A stretch of 63,264 nt of DNA, filler included, from Choristocarpus tenellus KU-1152 (taxonomy: Eukaryota > Protista > Phaeophyceae), in NCBI GenBank assembly GCA_964200185.2. It is 11 parts of 11 records of this genome, joined end to end, with 100 filler letters (N's around TTAATTAATTAA, not from the genome) between each part and the next. Parts side by side here need not be neighbours in the genome. Positions count along the whole stretch, not along the records: positions 41,065 to 51,781 come from CAXNAD020002760.1; positions 51,882 to 56,449 come from CAXNAD020013982.1; positions 56,550 to 60,590 come from CAXNAD020016526.1; positions 60,691 to 63,264 come from CAXNAD020026640.1; 7 more parts are not named here. One strand, 5' to 3'. The notes beneath the pieces are model-generated. The model was not told the DNA's origin. It did not search any database and saw only the letters and a list, made by a program, of their open reading frames with translations. The position numbers were made by a program, and so were the translations under genes. Shown here in pieces: positions 51,083-63,264 of the stretch (position 1 is its first letter; each line of letters opens with the position of its first letter).

Positions 51083-51757
51083 TCAACAACATCAGTTGGC
51101 GCATATATACCTTCAAAATACCTTCAAAATACCTTCAAAATACCTTTCCATTTCAAAATGATGGAGAAACCGTTCCCTGAACACAACCATTTTTTTTTCG
51201 GAAATGGTAGATATAACAAAAATAGCAAAGCCAACCAAAAATGGCTGGAAATGGGGGGTGAATCGACCATAAAGTCTCAACGAGACCTCCGATGAAGACG
51301 CGGTTAGTTGCGTTGGATTCCTTGATGAGGCATTATTTGCATTACATTTAGTTATATTTAGTTACATTTAATTACATTTAATTTCATTTAGTTACTCGTC
51401 ACTCTCATTTTCTCCTAAGGGCGTTCTGGATCACTTGATCCCCATCGACAGATGTGCGAAAAATGAGGCCACAACTTGGTGGATTGAGGTAGAGAATGGG
51501 AGCGACGAGTGATTCATTTAATGTAAAAAACGCCTCATCAAGGAATCCAACGCAACTAACCGCGTCTTCATCGGAGGTCTTGTTGAGACGTTATTGCCGA
51601 TCAACCATCATTTCCAACCATTTTTGGTTGGTTTTGCCGTTATTGCAAAATCTGACATTTCCGAAAAAAAAAATGCTTGTGTTCAGGGAACGGTTCCTCA
51701 ACCACTTTGAAATGGAAACATATTTCCAAGAATATACATGCAAGCCGAAGTTGTTAG
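51083..51757. repeat. Long foldback: ~270-330-bp inverted arms (51083-51413 / 51492-51757), ~80-bp spacer
   Basis: Includes a perfect ~49-bp core agacctccgatgaagacgcggttagttgcgttggattccttgatgaggc and its reverse complement. Confidence 0.9.
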
Positions 51758-51959
51758 GTTTCGAGGCTGCTGCAGATAAAGNNNNNNNNNNNNNNNNNNN
51801 NNNNNNNNNNNNNNNNNNNNNNNNNTTAATTAATTAANNNNNNNNNNNNNNNNNNNNNNNNNNNNNNNNNNNNNNNNNNNNACTGTTTCTTCATTCTTGA
51901 ATTGTTTCTTCTACAGAATCTTCTTTTACACATGAATAAAAAAGCATATTCTTAACAAT

Positions 51960-54900
51960 TTGATACGTAATTCATGGCCTTTATCATCCATGGATGAGTG
52001 CTTATCCACGTTGGGGGGTTCAAAACATTTGTCTTGTTTAGATATCCAATCAGCCTATTGGCAACTACCGATCACTGATGAATGCGAACGAGAAAAACTG
52101 CCTTCATCACGCCGGATGGAAAATATGAGTTTCAGAGGTTACCATTTGGAGTACAAAATGCACTTTGGATCTTCCAACGCTTTATGTCAGAAACCTTTCC
52201 AGTATCGGTCCTAGCTCAGTGTTGTTGGCATATTTAGACGATATCTTTTTGGCCTCTCCATCATGGACACACCATAAACAGTTAGTCACTGCAGTTTTTT
52301 CAATGTTACAAGATGTAGGGATTACATTAAAGCCAAAGTATCTTAGAGGGTAGGGCCGCATCCATTTGGGGGTCAAAATCCAATGTTGCGATTTTGATTT
52401 AATTTTGACCATTGTTTTTGTTAGGAAGTGTCAATATCCCTGTTCCGGGCACACCTTTTCATAACATACACATTTTACCAACTCCAATCCATTTTGAAGT
52501 AGGAAAATGTCATAAAAAATCCCATGGGAAACCAACCCCCAAACGGACGAACAGGGCAAAATTCGTACCCTCTAAGATACTCTCACTCTTAAAGCCGTCC
52601 AAGGCTCAATTTGGCTCACAACAAATCCATTATTTGGAATATGATGTTAGCCCACAAGGAATTGCTGTATCCCAAGCTCGTATTGAAGCTATATTAGATA
52701 TACATCCTCCTCAAGCTGTGAAAGGCTTACAATCGTTTTTAGGTTCGATGAACTTTGTTAGGAAGTATACTCCTCACCTAGCAACAGCAACAGAACCGTT
52801 GGTTGAACTGATTCGCCATACACAGAAAGTAAAGTCACGCAAAGAGACCACCTCAGTAAAACGAGCAAAGAAAGACCACAAGGATATCTCATCTAGATGG
52901 AATCGACCATAGCAGACTGCTTTTGACGAATGCAAACGACTGTTATCAAAGACTCCAGTGCTACACTTTCCTGATTTTTCTAGGAATGTTTTATTCATGT
53001 AAATGCCAGTAATGTTGGGACAGGGGCCTTTTTAGCACATAAAAATGAAGATGACAATTTTGATAAAATTGCATACCATAGTGCCTTATTTTCCCCCTCC
53101 CAATGTAAATATTATACCACACAAAAAGAGTGCCTTATTCTGGCAATCCAACATTGGAGACCACATATTTGGGGTAAACATTTCACAGTTATCGCTGATC
53201 ATTCAGCCTAACGGTGACTGCATACGATGCAAGATACGTCCAATCTGTTAACTCGATGGGCCTTAGCTTTGCAAAGTTTTGATTTTACCGTCCTTCATAA
53301 GTCTGGCAGATTACATACATCCCAGATATGTTGTCACGTCCTCAATTGGAAGAATGCTCTAAACATGCATCTGAACCAGCACCCCTAATCCCTATATGTT
53401 GAAATGTGGGCACAAAAACTACTGATGCAAGTTCTCAAGCAAGTAAGGTATATCCTGCCTATGAATTGTCCGTGGATCGACTAGATGAAATTACTAAAGT
53501 GGCAAATGACTCTGAACTCTTGGCAAGCTCCATCAATGTGTTTCCTGTAATTGATACGGAAGTTCTAGCCAAGGCCCAACATGAGCCGTATGAAGCTTAT
53601 TTTCAATACCTGGCAGACCTCAGCAGTACAGCATTACCCAGTAAGGAAACGGCCTACACATGTCATATTTTTTCACGCAACAACGAGGAAATAGACTTTT
53701 ACTCTACCGGTCGTATCAACCTGGTCACCTTCGAACAAACGGAAAATTTCGAGATCAGTTAGTAGCCCCAACAGAGGTTCAGGGTTTAATTTTACACGCC
53801 CTACATGACCATAAAGTTGCCGACCATCTTGCTTTCAAGCACACCTTTGACCGAGTTCGCGATAGAGTTTGGTGGCCAACCTTACAAAAAAGACGTGAGG
53901 GAGTGGTGTGAATCTTGTCAGTCCTGTCAAAGACGTAAGACCTCGCACACTCTACCCCCACTACCGACAGGACATATGCCTGTCACACGTTCATTTCAAC
54001 AACTTGCTATTGACCTAGTTAAATATAAAACCATGTCAGACGATGCAAAATATTTGTTATCCGCTGTAGACCATCTTACAAGATTCGCAATCTTGGTTGG
54101 TATTGCAAATAAGCAGGAAAAAACCGTGGCTAAAGCTCTCGTCGACCGTATTTTTTCCATCTTTGGTCCTCCTGAAACACTCCACTCTGATATCATAAAA
54201 CCAAGACAACGGCATATCGACCGCGAGGCAATAGTATATGTGAACGTATTAATTCCACAATGCATGGTATGCTGGCCATGTATTCAAATGTGGACCAATC
54301 TGACTGGGCCTCATTACTGCCCTTTGTTCAGCTAGCTCACAGTACAGCCTATAATTCCACTGTTCAAGAAACCCCCCATTTTTTCTCATGTTTGGGAGGC
54401 GCCCAATTTACCAATTGGTCTTATTTTGGGGGTCCCTAAAGCCACCCTCATAACTACACAAGAATACAGTATGAAAACAGTGAAGAATTTACAGCTAGCC
54501 TATGAATTAGCCCGGCGTAATATTGGTGAGATGGTTTTACGGAATGAATTGAAGAACGTGAACCATACCTCCCACTATACGAACCCGGAGATAAAGTGTG
54601 GCATCACAAACCACATACGTCAGCTGATGCACCAAACCCCAAGTTGTTATCCCATCGAGAGGACCTTAGGAGGTGAAGGCACGTATAACACCTGTTTTAT
54701 ATCATGTAAAACGCTTGGAAGATCAATGGAAAGTGACAGTCCATCTGGCCAGACTTAAACCCTACAAGGAGGGTAGGGTCACAGAACCAGATATAGATGC
54801 CCTTTATTCACTCTTTTTAGGCCGGATCTTACCAGAACTGGACCTTAATCAGGGGTCAAAGACACAGTCAACTATTGGATCTTACAATGTAGAGGGCATT

Positions 54901-55377
54901 GTTGATCATAAACGAGGGGTAGGAAGAAAAAACCCCCACAATTATTTGTACCGGCTTCGCCTTCAGGGATATTCACCGGCCAGTGATGTATGGTGCAAAC
55001 CCGCTGAAATACCTGAATGTGCAGAGATGATCGCAGCCTATAGGGATGAGAACAAGTTGGACCTCCCTAATGTAAGAGCCACTGACCAAGCGACTTGTCA
55101 TAATCAAAAGACATCTGCCACTACAACAGCTGAAGAATGTGTGTTACCGCCAACCGGACGTCCACCTAATAGCAACCAAGCCTCCTCAAATATTTGTGAC
55201 AACCCTCTTTGTGGACCGGAAAGTGCAATGAATGCCTCTATACTAGTGGGTTGCCGGCCTGGCGAGTTGCCACCAGATTCCACAGATAGAGAAGATGTTT
55301 CTTTTTCATTACCAAGATGGCAGAAGCGACGCCGATATATTCTTGAAGACCATACCATGGCTCAGTCCAGGTGGTAG
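51960..55377 (+). mobile_element. Degenerate Ty3/gypsy chromovirus-type pol (RT-RNase H-integrase-chromodomain)
   Basis: LDIQSAYWQL, AYLDD, LQSFLGSMNFVRKY; RNase H; HDH…H…CQSC zinc finger; integrase core AVDHLTRF…PETLHSD; chromodomain YNVEGIVDH…YRLRLQGYSPASDVW; many frameshifts. Confidence 0.95.
52331..52588 (+). mobile_element. MITE family A inserted in the gypsy RT
   Basis: Flanked by TTAA/TTAA; removing it plus one TSD restores GITLKPSKAQFG. Confidence 0.93.
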
Positions 55378-55412
55378 TGTCGGCGCTGATCTGGTTAGCG
55401 ACTTGAGTCTTG

Positions 55413-56290
55413 CGAAGTAGAAAGACTGCTCTCATCCGGAAACAAACACAGGTTGGACCTATCTGTGAGAAGCATGCATTCCTTTCAAAATATTACTTAC
55501 CTTGGGTATAATATTTTACTTCATTATTTGTAAACAAACTGTGCACATATATATTTTCATAAAACAGTCCAACTTACTGGTTTTCCAAGCACCTTGGAGG
55601 CAAGTTGTTGAAGAAGATGCTATAGTAAGGGATAGTGAGTCTTCCAACCACCCTTAATACTATTCCCACAACACTCCCTAACACATGACTTGATGTACCA
55701 AAGCTGTGGTGATACTGAGCTTCATCCACTCAGACCGTGGGAGTCACGTAGGAGACAGGCTGGTCCACGCCATTTTTCTCACTGCGCTCTACATCTATTA
55801 ACACAGAGTTCACTTGGACTGAGGTGATATTTAGAGCTGATCTATTAGATGACTTTAGAATTGTGGAGTAGAAAGATTGCTCTTATCCGGAGACATTAAC
55901 ACAACGTGATTCCACCTGTGAGAAGCATGCATATATTTTATATTCAAAATATTATACGATGGGTATAATATTTTACTTCTGTTAACAAATGCGCATATAA
56001 CATTGAAAGTGCATTTTTGTTTGGTTGTCCAAGCACCTTGGAGGCAAGTTGTTGAACCAGATGTGATAGTAAGGGATGATGAGTGTGACCCACCCTTGAC
56101 ACTATCCCCACAACACTCCTCAATAGATGACTTCATGTACCAAAGCTGTGGTGATACTGAGCTTCATTTACTCGTATCCCTGGGAGGCACGTAGGAGACA
56201 GGCAGGTGCATGCCATTTTTCTCACTACGCTATCCACCTGTTAACACAGATGTCACCTGGACTAGAGTGCAACCTAGGGCTGATCACCAC
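55413..56290 (+). repeat. ~450-bp tandem duplication in the gypsy 3' non-coding region (units start 55413 and 55865)
   Basis: Shared blocks ctgtgagaagcatgcat, ccaagcaccttggaggcaagttgttgaa, atgtaccaaagctgtggtgatactgagcttcat. Confidence 0.9.
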
Positions 56291-57874
56291 TAGTGCTCCA
56301 CCTTTTGTGTATCTACCCTGAGTTGATACAACCAGGATGTTTTTGTTTTTTTTCCTCCCAAAGATGGACCTGTCCGACATGAAGTGCTGGCCAGCTACTT
56401 TTGTGTTCGTGTTGAATAGTATCCACACTGGGGGGGGGGGCAATGTCAGNNNNNNNNNNNNNNNNNNNNNNNNNNNNNNNNNNNNNNNNNNNNTTAATTA
56501 ATTAANNNNNNNNNNNNNNNNNNNNNNNNNNNNNNNNNNNNNNNNNNNNGTGTATAGTGTCTGCGCAGCAAGGGAGAGTGTTCGTAGATAGTGCTGCGGA
56601 CACACATAGACACCACTGGTGGATTATGTAATAGGGTGGAGAGCCAGTGACAAATATATTATATATACTGACTCAATGTAGTGTCCATTTATTTTTATGT
56701 CATGTTAAAGATAAACTTTCTATACTTAAAACAAGTTAATAAGTGAATTATAGTGAATTAGTGTGGACGATTCCAAACCCCACACTATAAAAATAATAAT
56801 GATAGTTTAGGCTCGTCTCACCCACGTAATCAGTCAGTGGAATCGAGACCATAAGCCCTCTTGTAATATCAACTTTGCACATCTACATTAAGCTGTTCAT
56901 TGTCCTTCATCAAAGCACCAAAGCCACGGGTCCAGCGTGGGATACTTCAATGGCTCCCGCCCTAAAGGTTTATAACCCTAGTCAGAAGATAAAAACGACT
57001 TGGAAATGTTAGGCATCATGAGGGAGCTGCAGGTTGAGATGGAGGATCATCCATTCTCCTAACTCTAATGGATCTCGAGCCCCGACAAAGGGCATGGACA
57101 CCCCTGGCAGTTCGCTTGAACAAGAAGGGGCAGCATCAAAAAAGCTTATGGACAGACTTTCCCCTAACCTAGACCATACCCATTCTAAAGTACAAGAACG
57201 ACAAGCCGTCTGGTGTTAATGGCACCATCTCCATTCCAGTACAAGTTGTATACCAGAGTCTTAACACATTTTTGGAGTAGGAGAGTGACTCAAAGTATAC
57301 GAGAGTTGCATTTTAAGAATGCGAGCAAATATGTGGAAAATTCGGCATTTTTTACAAATGAGTGTAGGACGTTTTCCGAATTGTGACTATTGATTGGTCT
57401 ACTTCCATCATGAAGCACCGTTCTCACGAAGACTTATGCCCATGAGTTCTGGCGAACAAGGTTTATCCTATTCCCTTGTTGCCAAATTTCAAATATGGGT
57501 TGAACCTTTCACTCATGTGACACACGTGTACTCCGCAAAACTCGTGAACAGGAATTGATTGATGGACTTTTATATCAGTCATCCCAGTATCACCCTGCCA
57601 GAAATATCTACACTCCCCCCATAAACCCGTGCAAGATAACATAGAATCACAGGAGGAGAGGATGGGAATTGAGATAATTTAGGGATGCCGTGCCGATTCT
57701 GTTTTCTCAGAGTTAAGGGGGGGGAAAGGATGTATGTAGTATGAGATCTAGGGGCTGGTTGTCAAGGTCGGGAAACGGGGAACATTGATGAAATCATAGA
57801 ACCTAAGACATAGCTGAAAAAAATTCAATGTTAGTCAACCACCATTTGCCCCAAGTAGGACCTGTATCCATTTT

Positions 57875-58128
57875 GGGCCAATGTAAACGAGAGGTACTCA
57901 GATTTCGACCGTTTTTCATTGTTTCTTTTCAATCTTTGACAATTTCATCCACATTTCTATGGAGGAAGTTCTAAGCTTGATTTGAGAGCACTGTTTCTCT
58001 ATTGTTTGGAACTTTTTCCGATAAAATTCAGAAAGTATCCTATACACACTTGTAAAAAATGTCAAATTTTGCACAAAATTGCCACTATCCTTAAAATGCA
58101 ACTCTTACCCTCTCGTTTGCTTTGACCT
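57875..58128 (+). mobile_element. MITE family B, near full-length (another terminus at 57287)
   Basis: gggccaatgtaaacgagaggta / ctctcgtttgctttgacc. Confidence 0.8.
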
Positions 58129-58375
58129 CTAGAATCTGCTGAGATCTGGTCCTCAAGGCCCATTCTGGAGGCAACGGAAGATTTTGCTCGATCCAGATTG
58201 TGCTGTTCCACTTTATCATATTGTTGACACACATCAGCTACCAAACGCTACTCAGCCTCCCCTTGCTTCCTGCGTTTTTCATCTCACATAAAAATCCCTG
58301 GTTATGTGCTTTGTGATGATCCTCTTTGGAACATAATTATTAATACTGGAACTGATACGCCAGTGATTTAAATTT

Positions 58376-58605
58376 GTCCCAAAGTATCTGGGGGGGGGGG
58401 AGGNNNNNNNNNNTGTGCAATAGCAGTAGGTTGTGGGGGGGGGGAGGTGGGTGGTGTCTCCACCAGAGTGTCCATTTGGACCAAAACCAGGAAAAATGCA
58501 TTTTCATTATCCATCCAACGTATGGAACCAAATCACCCAAAAATCGCCACATGAAAAAATTGGCCCCAAATGGACAGCCACCATCCCCCCCAGATACATC
58601 GAGTC
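58376..58605 (-). mobile_element. MITE family C (poly-G subterminal); fragments also at 21593-21633, 25088-25153, 33941-33998, 41065-41090, 60691-60716
   Basis: Termini cccaaagtatctgggggg / ccccagatac…gagtc; reverse-complement similar to 41692-41874. Confidence 0.8.
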
Positions 58606-59270
58606 TTTGATATGTTCAGGTCCACCCCACACTGTGCAAGGGGCACATTAACGAGATTCCTGCAGGGGATCTAACCTTTAAGGGAGTGGGCATTAGATTT
58701 TTGTTTCTTCGTGGTTTCATTCAATTTGAACTACAGATTGGAGACTTGCAAACGCCAGTGGAAACAGCAGTCATACCCATAGTGGATAAGTTTTTATTGC
58801 CTAACTGCATAATTTCAGCTTTGGGAGCAGTGCTAGATTGGGACAAAAAATAATTGTCATTTAACGACAGTGATAAATGGATCCCAGCAATTGACACACT
58901 TTTGCCAATTCCCACCGTGCCCAGCCAACACTTGACTGTCAGACTGAATTTCCATCAGAGGCCGATATAGTACCATCTCATATCTCCATCTCAGTGGTCG
59001 CAAACGAGTTCACAATAACTCTACATCATACACACTGTGAAAATACATACCTTCCACATGGCATGGAAGCTATTCTCCTGGTATGTTCCGAGGCCATACG
59101 CTAAGTAATATATGCAGTAGAGTTCTAGAATTCAAGTTGTGTTTGAAAAGAAAATATGTATCAACAAAAAAACTACTGCGATACTATGGATATTAGGACA
59201 ATTTAACCCGAAACTGCTCCTAAAATGATGAATGAAGGCGGTCTATAATCATTAGTCAGTCAAGTCCTAT

Positions 59271-60590
59271 TCACCCCTCCGACCTGGGTTCTCCAGCTTG
59301 AACTGTACGATCACGCCTATAGATCGCCACTTGTCCTGGGATTGGCATGATGTATCGCAGGCACGTCTTCACCTCTCCCTTTGGACGAAAACCCTGAGCC
59401 CCCCTACCACACCCCCTGCATGAGTCACAAGTCGCTAGGCCATTCAATATTTTTTCTGCCTGTGTGCCTAGATACCTGGAGCTTTCCACTTCCTGAGTGT
59501 TGAGGTTAAGGAGGGTAGATGTATGATATAGAGGACCTCTGTACGGAGCCATTGACATTCTCTTTGCGATTGCTCGAGTTCACTACGAGAAACCTGTCCG
59601 CGACGAGAATTGTGAGTCACAGCACTCATGTAAGTCATGAGGTTGGGGTTATGGCCAGACAAATGGTTAGCTTCATGCCGCTTGGCACGGTCAAGAGCTT
59701 GTGCAAATGAGGTGGCAGGTTCGTCCCAAATCTGTTCAAGACAAATCGCAGGGACTAAGCCATCTTCCATCAGCATAATCTTCAGTTGCTCGACAAGCAA
59801 AGCTTTCGTGTCAACTGCATCTATCTGAGGACGACGTTGTGCGATGAACATCATCCAAAAAACGATTAATTGCTGTGGTGCAACGTAAAGTATACTGATC
59901 AACAGATTCATTCTCCCCCTGTTTCAGAGACGTCAGTCTACGAGCTGATACACTTACAGCATGGGCGGGAGTGAACGCAGTGATCAGGGCTTTCTGGACA
60001 TCATCCCAAGTCTTTCGTGGTGTAATGGGGATGGGAATGTCAAGAGATGATAGTAAACGAGCCTGATCACTGGTTGAACGCCACTCTACTGTGCCTGCCA
60101 ACGCCTGAAAGTAAAAGGTTTCAGCTGGTCCTTGAAGAAGTTTCGGTAAAAATTCTACACATCGAGCATTGATTGTCTCAGGGGATGCGGTACCATACTG
60201 CCTAGAGTGCAAGGAAATTGCCACGTGCCATTTGGAAAACAAGAGTGGCAAATTTTCCTCTCCCGAACCTGTAATGACAAGACCAGATGGGATTTCTGTA
60301 GTGGAAAACCTGAAACGACTCGCTTCTGACATTGATGGCAGACGTGCGACGTTGCTATTCTGTTCAACAGATCTTACTTGATTGGAGTCCATTCCCCGAG
60401 CATGAAGTTTTATCAGGTCCTGAAGCCATCCAGGAGGCACAGTGTTTGTCCTAGTGAACTCGTTAACGTGGTGCGCGATGTATGATAGCACAGAGTCCCC
60501 GAACTGTGCCTGTGACGTGACCACCTCACAAGTAGTTGAACTTGGGGGTGGGACTGGTTCTCCCTGGAAGAGGACCCGACGAGTGTCACG
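59271..60590 (-). mobile_element. Ty3/gypsy-type gag remnant
   Basis: LLQGPAETFY…TWDDVQKALITAF…ARRLTSLKQGENESVDQYTLR is a retrotransposon gag capsid motif; continues through frameshifted ORFs. Confidence 0.8.
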
Positions 60591-60716
60591 NNNNNNNNNN
60601 NNNNNNNNNNNNNNNNNNNNNNNNNNNNNNNNNNTTAATTAATTAANNNNNNNNNNNNNNNNNNNNNNNNNNNNNNNNNNNNNNNNNNNNCCCCCCTCCC
60701 CCAGATACTTTGAGTC

Positions 60717-63264
60717 AGGATCAATAGTCAAACTGTCTCCTTTGTTAACAAAGGATGGCCTCTCACCTAGTACAAACCTGTCCTTACTTCCGTCGCTACA
60801 GGAAGAGTCGTCAGAGAGGGATGAAGTGGAGGAGCGAGATGAACAAATAGATTGTACATCTAATGGTGAGTCACCACCTGCTTTGGGATGGGAGAGCTCG
60901 TCCTCAGAACGAGGGTCTGCATCAAGCCTCCCCCCCCCTTTGGCAAAGCAGGGGCAACCTCTCCTACTGGGGCAAGTCTGGGATCGTTAGAAGACAGCCA
61001 GGTCAGGTTATGAGTAGTAGCTATGGCACCGATCGAAGTAAGAACACAGTACACATCATGGGGGTGATTGATCCCCGGCCCCAGGTAAAAACACTGTTGA
61101 GACTTTTGGAAAGTCTTACGGGTTTTACTACAATGGCAAAAACCAGGTTGAAGATATTGGTTGGTCAACAGGGGTGCAGGGATGCCATACCACATTTCAT
61201 ATGGTGTTTTACAACCAGGGTTAGCCATGGTCGATGTGCGATTGAGTGAGTCACAAATAGAGTGTTGAGCTTCAGCCCATAGAGAGCCTGTCTTGGGGAT
61301 AGTGACATAAGGGGAAAAGTAGTGGAGCTTGAAGGCGGGCAGCTAATGAACTTTCATCAAGAATACCCAGCATGTGTTCAGCAACCTCACTAAATTGAGC
61401 GCTGTCTGCAGGTGTAAACTCCTATTTTATCCCGCGATCACGGCAAAGAGCGCCGAAAGCATCCTCATAAAATTCCCCCCCATTATCAGACCGCACGCAC
61501 ATGACCTGGGAGGGAGTGCCGTCAGCCCGGATATCGGATAGGTACTTCTTGAAGGCGTCGGCAGCATCCGACTTAGTTCGAAGGAAATACAACCAAACAA
61601 AACAAGAATAGTCGTCCTGCATTATTATCATGGTGTATTGTTTACTACCAACTGAAAATGTAGCCCTCTTCCAACTTAGATCAAGAAAAACCCTACCCAT
61701 CTTTCTCATTGCCCTTGTAGACATGCTGGACCGGAAGCCCTTTCATATGCCCTTGCTCATAGAGCAGACAGCACATGACTCCAGCTCACCCACCATTGTA
61801 TATGCCCATTGAAGTGGCAGTGGACTTGAACGATTTCTTGTGTGTGATCATAAGAGCGATGGAAGAGGTTAATGTTGACGTCGGTGTAGAGAGCGTGAGG
61901 TGCAAGCAAGGGGGCTATGGTCGCCTTCAAGCGACTTCAGCATTTCGACCCAGTTGCGGCAATATGCGTTGACCATGGAGGGTATAATGACAACCAGGAG
62001 AGTCAAAGTATCTTACAGGGTAGAGCCGTGTCCATTGGGGGCCAAAATCCAATATTGCAATTTTGATGTAATTTTTGCTATCGTGTCTGTTAGGAGATGT
62101 CAACATCTTTGCTTCGGACACTACTTTCATAATGTATACATTTCACATACTCCGAAACATTTGGGAGTAGGTAAAATGTCATTAAAACCCCAAGGGAAGC
62201 CAAGCCCCAAATGGACAAACAGGGAAAAACTCCTACCCTCTAAGATACTTTCACTCAGGATCTCTTGAAAAGATAGGTTGGCCAGCTAGTAACGAAAATG
62301 TACTGGCTTTGCAAGTGCATTTCGCACCCATATCAGCTGCTGCTTGAAAAGAAAAAATACAATATCCAAGATCTGTGACATGGGGGACATTTTAAAGGAG
62401 GAGTATCTCTACTTCCTTGTTGTCATATGAGGGAAACAAGATGGTTAGATCACCATGACCAGCGATGTGAAGGAATTTTGACTGGCAGTGACTACTATTC
62501 GATCTCGTACACAAGGCTTGTAGTTGGTCATGAATTTCATCATGTTTGTCATGTGACATGAGGCCGCACTGTCGAAAATCCACTCTTCTTTCTCGCGGCC
62601 AACCCCAGCACTTGACACCAAACATTCGTTTACCCCACACTGACCTGGAGCATTGCTGCTCGGAGAGTCCTCAGTGGCGGCCAGTAGTGCACACCGCTCA
62701 TAGCAGTCGCAGCTGGTCGCACTTTCCACAGTAATGTGAGAAGGTTTTGCCTCGGTCTCGTTCTTTTCTTTCCCAGACTCCACCGTGGTCATGAACACTG
62801 AAGTACATGTTGTAGCATCATGGGCAAGTCCACCACACTTGGTGCAAATGTGGATTGGGCAAGCTCCCTTCTCGTGTCCATTCTTGCCATACCTCTCACA
62901 AGGTTTCATCTTCTCGGAACCTTTAGCGTTTGAATTAGAACATTTTTTCTTTCTTCCATCATGAAATTTACGTTCAACCCCACGACCTTGGCCATTACAA
63001 TCAGACTGATTCTTCCTCTGTGATGAGCTGTTAACTATTGAAACCTGAATCGAATGCATTGTACATGTAAGCAAAATGCGTAAACTACGAGCGATGAGGA
63101 ATCATGGTGTTGCAAGGCACCAATGAGTAATATGCGTAGTCTATGTTGTGGATAGATGTGATTGTGCTGCAAAGCACCAATGTACTTATTCTGTAGTAGC
63201 TGAGGTCATTGATCTCTCTATCAAGAATGATGCGATGTGAATTCAGTATTCTTGGTTGCTCAAT
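60717..63264 (-). mobile_element. Degenerate Ty1/copia (gag knuckles, protease, GAG-pre-integrase, integrase)
   Basis: CTKCGGLAHDATTC knuckle; WIFDSAASCHM protease; DDYSCFVWLYFLRTKSDA…RSDNGGEF integrase; KTPYEMWYG. Confidence 0.95.
62000..62256 (+). mobile_element. MITE family A inserted in copia, perfect 4-bp TSD AGGA
   Basis: agga|gagtcaaagtatctta…taagatactttcactc|agga. Confidence 0.95.

Noticed and set aside
12462-52095. Hammerhead ribozyme cores at CTGATGA matches (about 12463, 23376, 52075)
   Set aside because: No convincing flanking stems and GAAA arrangement seen; one lies within RT coding sequence.
58860-59125. Decayed CCCH finger and protease motif downstream of the second gag
   Set aside because: Requires assuming several substitutions at the key residues; too speculative without intact copies.
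12165-60690. Recurrent palindromic TTAATTAATTAA flanked by N runs as a biological repeat
   Set aside because: Identical 100-nt artificial linker with stops in all six frames. It also means RBX1, the Deltex-domain gene and the TPR receptor cannot be called a linked ubiquitin or immunity cluster.

Overview
Eukaryotic, intron- and transposon-rich DNA, most consistent with a stramenopile, probably a brown alga or relative (inferred from the RBX1 variant, TE types and frequent short TTAGGG tracts). The window is 11 contigs joined by an artificial 100-nt spacer (44 N + TTAATTAATTAA + 44 N), so adjacency across spacers is not evidence of linkage. Host genes reconstructed by hand from splice sites and reading phase: the last six exons of MCM7 (minus, 6968-11693, with a GC-AG intron), two exons of a Deltex C-terminal-domain protein (minus), the first two exons of an RBX1-type RING-box gene (plus), and a seven-exon partial gene (minus, 41483-49368). 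That last gene encodes a beta-propeller-like ectodomain, a Ser/Thr/Pro stalk, one transmembrane helix and cytosolic TPRs with one repeat per phase-0 exon, and is the best candidate for an undescribed receptor system here. Mobile DNA includes a degenerate chromodomain Ty3/gypsy, two further gag remnants (one with a CCCH rather than CCHC finger), two Ty1/copia remnants, a plant-type mariner and a Crypton-like tyrosine-recombinase remnant. There are also three or four related 180-280 bp MITE families with GAG-type termini and 4-bp TSDs (Sola-like), plus a spliced Sola2-like transposase candidate. Two decayed tRNA-like sequences, foldbacks and minisatellites complete the window. All family assignments come from motif recognition; no database search was run.
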